Source: Trichoplax adhaerens (Eukaryota > Animalia > Placozoa). Taken from it: 21,951 nucleotides of DNA. The translations under genes were made by a program, and so were the position numbers. The notes under the pieces are model-generated. The model was not told the origin of the DNA. It ran no database searches and worked only from the letters and a program-made list of their open reading frames with translations. Location of the stretch: contig NW_002060964.1 of NCBI RefSeq assembly GCF_000150275.1, forward strand, positions 1,078,943 through 1,100,893. Direction: 5' to 3'. This document shows positions 1 through 11,357 of the stretch, one piece after another. Position 1 is the stretch's first letter; every line of letters begins with the position of its first letter.

Positions 1-32
1 ATTGGCTCAATTAAGCATGACAACTTGATTTG

Positions 33-286
33 AAACACCACTACCAGATGTTACAGCTGACAAATTTAAAGCATTAATTCAGTATTAGTAGCCCCTAACT
101 TAGGCTATAACAATAAAATTAAGTGAATTTCTTTCAATCGTTAAACATATCTCAGACTCAATACAATCCAGAAACGTTAGATTCCAATCAAGTATTAACA
201 GACTCAATCACTAAACGGTCAAATAGGCATATTTAATCGTATGGACGTTTAGCTACAGATGTAGATTAAAAACATACTCATCGACT
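33..286 (+). promoter_or_regulatory. Conserved upstream block of paralog 1 (putative promoter)
   Basis: CAGATG 45-50, CAGCTG 54-59, TATTTAA 230-236. The block recurs before every paralog. Function is inferred from position and conservation. Confidence 0.45.
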
Positions 287-1260
287 ATGTATAATAATAC
301 TACTCACCCACAATCGCAAGAAACTTCTCCTGTTTTAATTATTCAGTTTTGCTTTGCTACATTGACATTGATTAGCAATATCGCTCTATTGATGATTGTA
401 GCGTTGTCTAAAAATTTATACGATCAATCGTATAACTTTATTATTAATGTATCTATAATAATGCATCTATATCCGATATTATTTCATCGATCATACAGTA
501 TACATATTCCACTATAGCAATCTCAACTGTTTCAATATCTAGAGCTGTCGGTGTAGTGGTATGTCGATTAGCATATGGGGTTTGGGTTACATCGGCTAAT
601 ACCTCTATTGCAAGTTTAACTATGATAAGTATCTATCGATTTAAAATCGTTACTTGTCCGTTAACGTTTCGAAAAACAATCATTGTTAAGCATTGTAATA
701 AGTTTATTATACTGTCTTGGCTTGTAAGCGTCATGTTCGCTATCCCTGCTTTCCTAATAGGAGCGTATAATCCAGCGACGAAAAACTGCGACGCTGGCTT
801 CCTTCATGGTAAAATCTTCAACGTTGTCTATTTTTCTGTTACCTTGCTATTTTTGTACTTGATTCCGGGAATAATAATGCTAAGTAATTATAGGCGTATC
901 GCAACTAGTCTATCCTCTCAAATATCCGATAACATTGCTATAGCTCATGACCGCGAAGCCTCCATTAATCGTACAAGGAGCGTTATTCGAATTTTTATCA
1001 TTACTACACTAGCACAAATATTACTGACATTGCCCTATATTATATCTTTATTGACATATGCGATACTCAATCAGAGCCAATATCATGTACTCGCTAATTA
1101 TGATCACCAATTTTCTGTAGTTTGGCTATTATTTGTGATTAATGTCGCATCCTACTTGGTAAATCCGTTTATGTTCTTGGTTTTCGATAAAAATGTTAAA
1201 AGTGCAGCGCATGATTTATGTCTTCAAATTCACGATAGTTGTAATAATATGAAATCATGA
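287..1260 (+). pseudogene. Class A 7TM GPCR paralog 1, frameshifted by a 14-nt imperfect tandem duplication in TM2
   Basis: Length 974 = 960+14. aataatgcatctat (457-470) duplicates attaatgtatctat (443-456) at 12/14. Removing it joins ORFs 287..517 and 556..1260 into a stop-free frame (..NVSISDIISSIIQYTYSTIAISTVSISRAVGVVVCR..) colinear with the intact paralogs. Confidence 0.88.
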
Positions 1261-2069
1261 GTAACTTATCGAACTAGATATATCAGATATGGTATCATTT
1301 TTTACTAGACACTTAGTCTTAAATAGCTTTAAATAGCCACGAAGGCTCAAAATAAAGTGCCAAGCTTTCATTTGAGTACGTTATTAAGTAATTAGCTCAC
1401 ATAATTACAACTTTAACCGATTTTTATTGTTGTAGACGGCAATATTATTTATATTAATGCGTGAAGTTGTATATTTCTGACATTTTTCAAATGCTTCAAT
1501 CAGAGGATTTCAGAATAAACTATGTTATCAGCGTAAAGACTGCTATCTGTAATCCAGTTTTATTCGACGTTTACCCTTGTGATTTATTAGCAGTAATAGC
1601 AAATGCTGGTCTAACTGGAAATTGCTTTCGCTATATATGAAAGGGATACATTTGTTTAGCTATATAATATTATTACTTTATATCCTAGAACATATGAGCT
1701 GTTTCCAATACACTTTATTGGGTAGTGTTAAATCATTAAACAATAACATAAGGTTTATTATAAAGCAAATTCTATTAAAATTGATATACATTACGACGTG
1801 AAAATGATATTTACAGTTATTCCGGTTATATCATATACTTAATCTAGTGAAAATCGTAACCTATAGAACAGTGAAACCACTTCAACTTATTTACTTATTA
1901 TTTCGAGTATACACGTACGCTTGAAATAAATGGCATGCAGTAAACGGAAAATACTCGTATCTCGCTTGTCTAGCGAGCTGCAACTAGAAAAAATTAAAGC
2001 ACACTCTTTACCAATACGCAATCAGTAAAAATTATCATATGAAATATAAAATTGATATAAAATCAGTCA

Positions 2070-2296
2070 TTATAAGCCTGATTAATAAATGATCGGATTT
2101 AGAACTTGAATATTGTTTGTACTTTTTACCTGGAGTTATTTAAGATACTTACTCATTCTATTCAATGTATACGTTTAAAAATAATTTCACCTAAAGCTGG
2201 ATTAATTGATCTATACGTTCTAGTCACATTAAAGGTAGATAATGTACGTTATAAAAATTGTTAATCATCTAATGTTACTTGCTAATATTGTAAAGG
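2070..2296 (+). repeat. Diverged ~230-bp extra copy of a spacer segment also present at ~2988-3222
   Basis: tataagcctgattaataaatgatc...tacgtttaaaaataatttca...cgttataaaaattg...tattgtaaa occurs at both positions in unit 1, but once per unit elsewhere. Boundaries approximate. Confidence 0.8.
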
Positions 2297-3400
2297 AGAC
2301 CGATGTGAAAATTTATTTAACCCTCTATTTCTGTATAATATACAAATGGAACAACAATAGAAATATTTTTGTTTAGTTGTGATTGAATACCCAATACTGA
2401 ATAAATATAATAATGCAATTTATTCAATAATCAGCATTAATGAATGTATAGTACTGAGCTAATAATAAATGAAGCTGATAATTAAAAAATGATGCATTGT
2501 AATGTAACGTTTGATTCTGATTTTGGGGCCAATAAATACTTAATAGTATGGAAGAGATATATTTCCTATTTATAAACTTGTACCTATCGATACCTTCTAT
2601 AGCGTATTTACTGAAGAACAAATTCAAAATTAATAGTTAATCATTATAGCTATGCGTTGTGGGTATAAAATCGATTAGCTACTAACTTCTACCGTATCTA
2701 GCTCTATTTTATGCTTTAAATTGAAATTAATTTCACGCTCTCCAAAACATAATTCTGTACGTGAATTGTTATCAATCGATTTTCTATCAAGTATTACAGG
2801 CCAAAGACAAGTAGAAACTAGCAAGTTACTGTAATGAAAATCGTATCTTAGAGCATAATTAAACTCTGATAACTACATGTCGAAAGATTGAAATCATCTT
2901 CGAGTTAATTAAGCCTCATAGCCGTTACTAACAGTATTTGATACTTTACTTTTTTAATTAATAAAGTTTAGCTAATCTTTAATCGGTATAAGCCTGATTA
3001 ACAAATGATCAGACACATAATTTTAATTGTAGCCCTTCTTTCTCCTTAAAGTTTTTTGCAATCCTTTCTCATTTCATTCATTCTCTACGTCTAAAAATAA
3101 TTTCAAATTAAAAAAGGATTAAATGCCCAATTGATCCATGTATTCTATTCTCTTTAATAGTAAACGGCATGCGTTATAAAAATTGGCAATAATTTAACAT
3201 TACCTACCGATATTGTAAAAGAGTAACAACAAGAAGCAATCCAATTAACCCTTACCTAACGTTATAATTATAATTTTACAATTGCTTCCCATTTTTCAGT
3301 GTAGCATTAGCAATACCTCCTACCAATGAATAACAATGGATAAATGATAACATAGTAGCAAAGAGAAAATTGTTTAATTAAGCATAGCAAACTGATTTGA

Positions 3401-3662
3401 AAACACTACTACCAGATGTTACAGCGGTTAAATTCAAAGCATTAATTTCACTCGGGATAATTACAACACGGCTTAGGTTACAAGAGTAAAATTAGAAAAT
3501 TTTCTTTAATTGTTAAATGTATTTCCAGAATTAATTTAATCAAGAAACGTTAGATTACAGTCGAGTATTAACAAGTTCAATCAATGTATAGCCAAATAAG
3601 CATATTTAATCGCATCGATCTTTTGCAATAGATATAGATTAAAAGTATCCAACTCATCGACT
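3401..3662 (+). promoter_or_regulatory. Conserved upstream block of paralog 2 (putative promoter)
   Basis: CAGATG 3413-3418, second box altered to CAGCGG, TATTTAA 3603-3609. Confidence 0.45.
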
Positions 3663-4622
3663 ATGTTTAATAATGCTACTATTACACACCCGCTAGGAAA
3701 TCCTGCTATTTTAGTCGTACAGTTTTGCGTTATTACATTGGCATTGGTTAGTAATATCGTTCTGGTAATAATCGTGGCGTTCTCTAAAAATATACACGAT
3801 TTATCTTATAACTTTATTATTAATGTATCTATATCCGATATTATTTCATCAATAACTCAGTATGTATATGCTATTACGACAATCTCAACCGTTTCAATGT
3901 CTAGACCTGTAGGTGTTGTTGTATGTCCAATAGCATATGGACTTACGGTTACATCGATCAATACCTCTATTGCAAGTTTAACGATGATAAGTATCTATCG
4001 ATTTAAAATCGTTACTTGTCCGTTAACATTTCGAGATACAACTATTTTTAAACATTGTACTAAGTTTATTATACTGTCTTGGCTTATAAGCGTCGTATTC
4101 GCTATCCCTGCTTTCCTAATTGGAACTTATAATTCAGTAATGAAAAGCTGCGACTTTGGCTTTCCCTATGGTAACATCTTCAACGTTGTCTATTTTTCGA
4201 TTACCTTGCTATTCGTGTACTTGATTCCAGGAATAATAATGTTAAGGAATTATAGACATATCGCAATCAGTTTGTCTTCTCAAATATCTGATAATACTAC
4301 TATATCTCATGACCGCGAAGCTTCTATTAATCGTACACGGAGCGTTATTCGAGTTTTTATTATCGCAACACTGGCACAAACATTACTGACATTGCCCTAT
4401 ATTATAACTATCTTGACTTATTCAATACTCAATCAAAGTCAATTTCAACTACTCTTTAACAATACCCAATTTTTTGTAGTCATCTTGTTATCGTTTACGA
4501 GTAATTCCGTATCTTACTTGGTAAATCCATTTATGTTCTTGATTTTCGATAAAAATGTAAAAACGTCTATGTATGACTTATGTCTTCGAATTCGTAATAG
4601 ACGTAGTAATACGAAATCATGA
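3663..4622 (+). CDS. Intronless orphan class A (rhodopsin-like) GPCR, paralog 2, intact, 319 aa
   Basis: Seven hydrophobic segments with class A anchors: N1.50 (VSN), D2.50 (NVSISD), C3.25, R3.50 (SIYRF), W4.50, ECL2 Cys (KSCD), P5.50/Y5.58, P6.50 (TLPY), NP7.50 (NPFMF) and a helix-8-like DKNVK. Short N-terminus with NAT sequon; ACTATG start context. Confidence 0.95.
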   Translation: MFNNATITHPLGNPAILVVQFCVITLALVSNIVLVIIVAFSKNIHDLSYNFIINVSISDIISSITQYVYAITTISTVSMSRPVGVVVCPIAYGLTVTSINTSIASLTMISIYRFKIVTCPLTFRDTTIFKHCTKFIILSWLISVVFAIPAFLIGTYNSVMKSCDFGFPYGNIFNVVYFSITLLFVYLIPGIIMLRNYRHIAISLSSQISDNTTISHDREASINRTRSVIRVFIIATLAQTLLTLPYIITILTYSILNQSQFQLLFNNTQFFVVILLSFTSNSVSYLVNPFMFLIFDKNVKTSMYDLCLRIRNRRSNTKS

Positions 4623-4695
4623 TTAATTTATCAAAGTAGCTGCATCAGATACGGTGTCATTTTTCACTAGCCGCTTAGTCTTAGATAGCTTGCAT

Positions 4696-5165
4696 ACTAT
4701 CTATAGTGTTAATTGCTATCTAACAGTTATTCTGACATCGATCAAGCTAATACTATAGTAACTTTGATATAGATTATTGATAGAGAACGTGTTCGCTATT
4801 TAACAGGTTAATTGTTATCCCATCCTTATTCTAACGCGGATCAAATTTCTGCTATGATAACTTCGATACGAAATCAAGTTAGAGTACTTGTTCACTATTT
4901 GTGAGGCTAATAGTCATTTAATCCTTATTCCGAAGTTAGCTGGATCAAATGATTACTAATAACTTTAATAGAAGATAATGATAGAGCTCTTACTCTCTAT
5001 TAACAATATTAATGGCTATCTAGCTACTATTCTCAAATAGACCAAATTACTACTATAATAAGGTGATACAAATATTGTTGGAGAACTTGCTTACTCTTTA
5101 TGCTGCTAATTATTATCTAATCGCTATTTTAAGATGGATCAAAATTACTATCATGGTAACTTTGT
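4696..5165 (+). repeat. Degenerate ~99-bp tandem repeat, ~5 monomers, downstream of paralog 2
   Basis: Core tattct..aa.tggatcaaattactactat..taactttgat; the atcaa/accaa core starts at 4741, 4840, 4944, 5041 and 5138 (periods 99, 104, 97, 97). Confidence 0.88.
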
Positions 5166-5328
5166 GATGCTGTAGAACTATATTGACGATATAATCTTTT
5201 AATGAGATTACCTTCTTCTACAGTTATCCTGATTCTATCATGTACTTAATCTGATAGAAATCGAAGCCTGTAGGGCGACGACAGTACTTGAACTTGTTCA
5301 CTTATTATTTCGAGTATACGTGTACACT

Positions 5329-5633
5329 CGAAACGAATGACATGCAACAAATAAAAAATGCTCATATACCCCTCATCTGGCGAACTTGAATCAGAAAAAA
5401 TTAAAGCATGCTGTTAAGCAATACGCAATATTTAATGGCTATCACGAAGACTCGTTAAATTATAGTCTCATAAAGGTAGATTGCATTCGAAATAAATGGC
5501 ATGCAACAAATGGAAAATACTCATATACCACTCGTCTGGCAAACTTGGACCGGAAAAATTAAAGCATGCTCTTAATCAATATTCAAAGGCTATCACCAAG
5601 ACTCGTTAAATTATTACACTCTTATAATGGTAA
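5329..5633 (+). repeat. ~159-bp tandem duplication specific to unit 2
   Basis: catgcaacaaat..aaaat.ctcatatacc..tc.tctggc.aacttg...gaaaaattaaagcatgct...aagactcgttaaatta starts at 5341 and again at 5500. Confidence 0.88.
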
Positions 5634-6973
5634 ATTAAAATGATTTTAGCCGTTGGCACTTGGCTGAATTATGCCAAAGAAACAGCCAATAATAATTATG
5701 CTACTTTTAATCGCCTTCTATTGAGTAAAAGTTGTCGCCGATGAACATTAGTCAATCTTATTCTATGCTGTATCCACTTTACCTTGTACGATAACTTTGC
5801 AGACTTATCAAGACTAAGGACTTAATACTATTTTTGTAAGGCTTAATGCAAATATCTATAATGTCTCAAGGAATCTAGATTGTCTTGACTAACAGAGACC
5901 AATCTAAAAGTTCATCTAACTCTTTATTTCTTTATAATACACCAAATGAAGTAGCAATCTTTTATTTTTTATTTAATTTTGATTGAATATTGCATAAATA
6001 TAATGCTGTAAGTTTTCTTCAATAATTAAAATTGATCAAAGTGTACTACGGAGCTAATAAAATGAAGCTAGTAATTAAAAATGGTGCACTAAAATGTAAT
6101 TTTTAATTCTAATTTTGGTGCCATTAAATACTCAATAATATAGCAAAGATATATTTCCTATCCATAAACTGGTACCTGTTAATACATTCTACAGCATATT
6201 TTACAGAAGACATTCAAAATTAATAGGTAATCATGACAGCTATGCGTTAGGCGTATAAAATTACTGGCTAACTTTCTATCGCATTTAGCTTCAAATTGAA
6301 ATCCTAATTAGTTCTAATGAATGGTTATCAATCGATTTTCTAGCAAGTATCAAGGCCATAGATGAGTAGAAGCTATCAAATTACTGTAATGAAAATCATA
6401 TCCTAGAATATAATTAAACTCTGGCAACTACATACCTAAAGATTAAAATCATCTTTGGGCTAATTAAGTCTCATAACCGTTACTAATGGTATCTGATACT
6501 TCATTTTATTAATAAGGTTTAGCTCCATAGTCAAACTTCAGTCGGTATAAGCCCGATTAACAAATAATCTGACTTAAAACTTCAATAATGGCCGTTCTTT
6601 CTCCGTAAAATTTTTATTTTAATCCTTTCTCATTCTATTCATTCTCTACTTTCAAAATAATTTGAAACTAAAATAGGACTAACTGCCCAATCGGTCTATA
6701 CGTATATCCTATTTACTTTATAGATAGAGCACATGCGTTATAATAATTGACAATCATTAAATGTTACCTAATAACTACTAACAGTGTATAAGAGTAATGA
6801 CAATAAGCAATTCAATCAACTCTTCTTTAACGTTATAATGATAATTTTACAATTGCTTTCGACTTTTTAGAGGTATCATTAGCAATTCCTATTATCAGCG
6901 AATAACAATAGATAAATGATTACATAGTAGTTAGGGAAAATTGCTCAATTAATAAGTAAAATAAATTGGTGTG

Positions 6974-7234
6974 AAAACACTACTGCCAGATGCTACAGCT
7001 GTTAAATTTAAAGCATTAATTTACTCGGGATAATTACAATACGGCTTAGACTGCAAGGGAAGAATTAGGAGAATACTCTCTAATCGTTGTACGTATTTCC
7101 AAACTCAATTCAATCAAGAAACGTTAGATTACAGTCGAGTATTGACACTTCAATCATTCTACAACCAAATAAGCATATTTAATCGCATCGATCTTTTGCA
7201 ATAGATGTAGATTAAAACATCCAACTCATCGACT
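6974..7234 (+). promoter_or_regulatory. Conserved upstream block of paralog 3 (putative promoter)
   Basis: CAGATG 6987-6992, CAGCTG 6996-7001, TATTTAA 7176-7182. Confidence 0.45.
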
Positions 7235-8196
7235 ATGCTTAATAATACTACTTTCTGGCTACCGCTAGAAAATTCTGCTTTTTTAGTCGTCCAGTTTTGC
7301 TTTACTACATTGACAATAGTTAGTAATATCGCTCTAGTGGTAATTATATTGTTCTCTAAAAATTTACACGATTTATCATATAACTTTATTATTAATGTAT
7401 CTATATCCGATATTATTTCAACGATCGTAATGTATATACATATACTGTTACAGCAATCTCAACCGTTTCAATGTCTAAACCTGTAGGTGTTGTTGTATGT
7501 CGATTAGCATATGGACTTACGGCTACATCGGCTAATACCTCTATTACAAGTTTAACTATGATAAGTATCTATCGATTAAAAATCGTTACTTGTCCGTTAG
7601 CATTTCGAAATACAATCATTTTTAAACATTACAATAAATTTATTATACTGTCTTGGCTTATAAGCGTCGTATTCGCTACGCCTGCTTTCCTAATAGGAGC
7701 TTTTAATTCAGCGACGAAAAACTGCGACCTTGGCTTCCCTTATGGTAACATCTTCAACGTTGTCTATTTTACTATTACCTTACTATTCGTATACTTGATT
7801 CCAGGAACAATAATGTTAAGGAATTATAGGCGTATCGCAATCAGTTTATCTTCTCAAATATCTGATAGCACTGCTATATCTCATAACCGCGAAGCTTCTA
7901 TTAATCGTACAAAAGGCGTTATTCGAGTTTTTATTGTTGCAACACTCGCACAAATACTACTGACATTGCCCTATGTTATATCTGTCTTGGCTTATTCAAT
8001 ACTCAATCAAAGCCAAATTCAGCTAATCTTTAATAATCCCCGATTTTTCGTTGTCATTTTGTTATCGTTTGCGATCAATATCGCATCCTACTTGGTAAAT
8101 CCATTTGTATTCTTATTTTTCGATAAAAATATTGGAATTGCAGCACATGACTTATATCTTCGAATTCGCGATAGTTGTAGTATTACGAAATCATGA
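7235..8196 (+). pseudogene. Class A GPCR paralog 3, +2 frameshift (TA slippage) at the end of TM2; pseudogene or assembly error
   Basis: Length 962 = 960+2. atgtatatacatat (extra TA within 7433-7438) versus atgtatacatat in paralog 5. The corrected frame has no stops. Confidence 0.85.
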
Positions 8197-8265
8197 ACAA
8201 TTTATCAGAGTGGACGTATCAAATGTCATTTTTTAACTAGCTACTTAGTCTTAGATAGCTTGCAT

Positions 8266-8524
8266 ACTATTTACAGTGTTAATTGCTATCTAACTCTTAT
8301 TCTGAAATGAATCAAATCACTGCTACAGTAACTTCGATGTAGGTTAATGATTGAGAATCTGTTCACTATTTAACGACTTAATTGTTATCCCATCTTTATT
8401 CTAAAGTGGATCAAATTTCTACTATAACAACTTCGATACGAAATCAAATTGGAGTACTTGCTCACTATTTGTGGGTTAATAGTTATTCAATTCTTATTCG
8501 GAAGTTAGATGGATCAAATTACTA
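8266..8524 (+). repeat. ~99-bp tandem repeat, ~2.5 monomers (truncated by deletion), downstream of paralog 3
   Basis: Cores near 8310, 8408 and 8511, then an abrupt jump to the downstream tcgagta module. Confidence 0.85.
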
Positions 8525-10059
8525 GTTCTCGAGTAAATACTTAAATATATGAGATACAACAAATGGAAAATACTCTGTTCCTTGGCGAACTTGAACTGGA
8601 AAAAATTAAAGCATGCTCCTAACTAATATGCAACACTTTATTACTATCATTAAGACTCGTTAAATTATTACAGCCTTATAAAAGTAAATTAAAATAATTT
8701 AACCAATGACAATTAGCTGAATTATGTCGAAGTAATAGGCAATGATTACGCTATTTTTATTCGTCCTCCATCAAGTAAAAATTGTTATCGATGAACTGTA
8801 GTCAATTTTATTTTATACAAGCTGTATATTCCTTACCTTGTACGATAACTTTACAGACTTATTAAGATTAAGAATTTAATACCATTATCATACAATTTCA
8901 TACTAATATCTATAAGATCTTAATGAATCTAGATTGCCTTTACTAGTAATAGAGACCGATCTAAAAGCTCATTTAACTGTTTATTTCTGTATAGTACACC
9001 AAATAGAGCAATATAAATAATATTTTTATTTATTTGTAATTGTATACTCAATAAATATAAAAATCCAAGTTTTCTTTTCTTCAATAATCAGCATTGATTA
9101 AGGTGTCTGCTGAGCTAATAATTGATGAAGCTGGTAATTAAAACTGGGACATTGGAATTTAATGTTTTGATTCTATTTTTTAGGCCAATAAATACTCAAT
9201 AGTACGGCAAAGATATGTTTCCTTTTCGTAAACTCTTACCGGTCAATACATTCCATAATATATTTTACAGAAGACATTCAAGATTACAAGGCAATCATTA
9301 TAGCCATGAGTTGGGGGTACAAATTAGTGGCCAACTCTCTACCGTATTTAAGACTATTCTGTGATTTAAATTAAAATCCTAATTAATTTCAAGCTATCCA
9401 AGGCATGATGTTGCACATGAATGGCTATCAATCGATTTTCTAGCAAGAATCGTAGGCCAAGGACAAGTAGGAATTATTAATTTAAAGTAATGAAAACCAT
9501 GTCTTAAAATATAATTAAACTCTAATTACTAAACATCCAAAGATTGAAATCACCTACGGGCTAATCAATCTTATAGCCGATACTGACAGTATTTGATACT
9601 TCATTTTACTAATTAATAAGGTTAAGCTCCATAGCTAAACTTCAGTCAATATAGGTCCGATTAACAAATAATCAGGTTTAAAACTTCAATATTTTTCATA
9701 CTTTTTCCTTGAGGTTATATTTTCTCATTCTGTTCATTCTCTATATTTAAAAATTATTTGAAGCTAAAGTGGAATTAACTTATCATCGGTCTATACATAC
9801 AATTTACTTTAAATGTAGATGGCGGACGTTATAGAAATTGATAATCATTTAACATTACCTACTAACATTGTACAAGAGTGCAGTATTGACAATAAGCAAT
9901 TAAATTAACCCTTATTTAACGTTATAATGATAATATTACAATTGCTTTCTACTTTTTAGTGTAGCATTAGCAATACTTTCTACCAATGAATAACAATAGA
10001 TAAATGATTGCATAGTAGTCAAGGGAAAATTGCTCAACTATGTGTAATAAATTGTTGTG

Positions 10060-10321
10060 AAAACACTACTACCAGATGTTTCAGCTGACAAATTTAAAGC
10101 ATCAATTCACTTGGAATAATTACAACACGGCTTGGGTTACAAGAATAAATTAAGAGAATTCCCTTTAATTATTGAACGTATTTCCAAACCTTATTCAATC
10201 AAGAAACGTTAGATTGCAACCAAGTATTAACAGATTCAATCATTCTATTGCCAAAGAAGCATATTTAATCGTATTGATCTTTTGCAATAGATGTAAATTA
10301 AAAACATCCAACTCATCAACT
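10060..10321 (+). promoter_or_regulatory. Conserved upstream block of paralog 4 (putative promoter)
   Basis: CAGATG 10073-10078, CAGCTG 10082-10087, TATTTAA 10262-10268. Confidence 0.45.
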
Positions 10322-11280
10322 ATGCTTAATAATACTACTATTACACTGCCGCTAGAAAATTCTGATTTTTTAATCGTTCAGTTTTCTCTTACTACATTGA
10401 CATTGGTTAGCAATATCGCTCTGGTAATAATCGTGGCGTTCTCTAAAAATATAAATGATTTATCTTATAACTTTGTTATGAATGTGTCTATATCCGATAT
10501 TATTTCATCTATCATACAGTATACATATGCCGTTACTGCAATATCAACCGTTTCAATGTCTAGACCTGTAGGTGTTGTTGTATGTCGAATAGCATATGGA
10601 GTTACTGCTACATCGATCAATGCCTCTATTACAAGTTTAACTATGATAAGTATCTATCGATTAAAAATCGTCAGTTGTCCTTTGACATTTCGAAACACAA
10701 TTATTTTTAAACATTGTACTAAGTTTATTATACTCTCTTGGCTTATAAGTGTCGTATTCGCTATCCCTGCTTTCCTAATAGGAACTTACAATTCAGTCAC
10801 AAAAAGCTGTGACTTTGGCTTCCCTTATGGTAACACCTTTAACGCTATCTATTTTTCGATTATCTTACTATTCGTGTACTTGATTCCAGGAATGATAATG
10901 TTAAGGAATTATAAACGTATCGCAATCAGTTTGTCTTCTCAAATATCTGATAACACTGCTATATCTCATAACCGTCAAGCTTCTATTAATCGTAAAAGAA
11001 GCGTTATTCGAGTTTTATTATCGCGACACTGGCACAAACATTACTGACATTACCCTATATTTTATCTGTCTTGACTTATTCAATACTCAATCAGAATCAA
11101 TTTCAGCTACTATATGATAATTCTCAATTTTTAGCAATCACTTGGTTATCGTTTTCAACAAATCTCATTTCTTACCTAGTAAATCCATTTATGTTTTTGG
11201 TTTTCGATAAAAATATTAGAATTGCGGCGTGTGATTTATGTCTTCGAATTCGTGATAGTTGTAGTGATACGAAATCATAA
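10322..11280 (+). pseudogene. Class A GPCR paralog 4, -1 frameshift in a T run at the start of TM6; pseudogene or assembly error
   Basis: The homologous start is ATG 10322 (caactATG). Length 959 = 960-1. cgagttttatt (T4, 11013-11016) versus cgagtttttatt (T5) in paralogs 2 and 3. The corrected frame reads ..RVFIIATLAQTLLTLPYILSVLTYS.. into ORF 11071..11280. Confidence 0.85.
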
Positions 11281-11357
11281 ATAATTATCAAAGTAGCTAC
11301 ATCAGATACATTATCGTTTTCACTTAGACACTTAGTCTCAGATAGCTTGCATAGCGT

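Noticed and set aside
2556-2609. Possible hidden + strand exon (DIFPIYKLVPIDTFYSVF) conserved across spacers
   Set aside because: Variable sites across five units split roughly 8/4/9 over codon positions, stops flank the frame, and splice sites are not conserved.
2424-2627. Minus-strand 67-aa ORF containing IDRY, suggesting an antisense GPCR remnant
   Set aside because: TTG start and no hydrophobic TM3 before DRY. The homologous spacer reads INRY in unit 2 and hits a stop (..SIYWA*) in unit 5. Chance ORF in repeated spacer.
3663-4622. Assignment as opsin, aminergic receptor or a named gene
   Set aside because: No Lys at 7.43, no Asp at 3.32 and no diagnostic family motif, so no gene symbol is given.
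4696-5165. 99-bp repeats as a CRISPR array or ankyrin-coding (33 aa) repeats
   Set aside because: Monomers are homologous along their whole length with no unique spacers and no cas genes. The periods (97-104) break frame, and the translated monomer has stops in all six frames with no ankyrin consensus.
10172-10321. 50-aa N-terminal extension of paralog 4 in the ORF track
   Set aside because: TTG start in a eukaryotic locus. The region is the conserved non-coding upstream block and the homologous start is ATG 10322. The same applies to TTG 18415; GTG 556 and TTG 11071 are internal codons of frameshifted genes.
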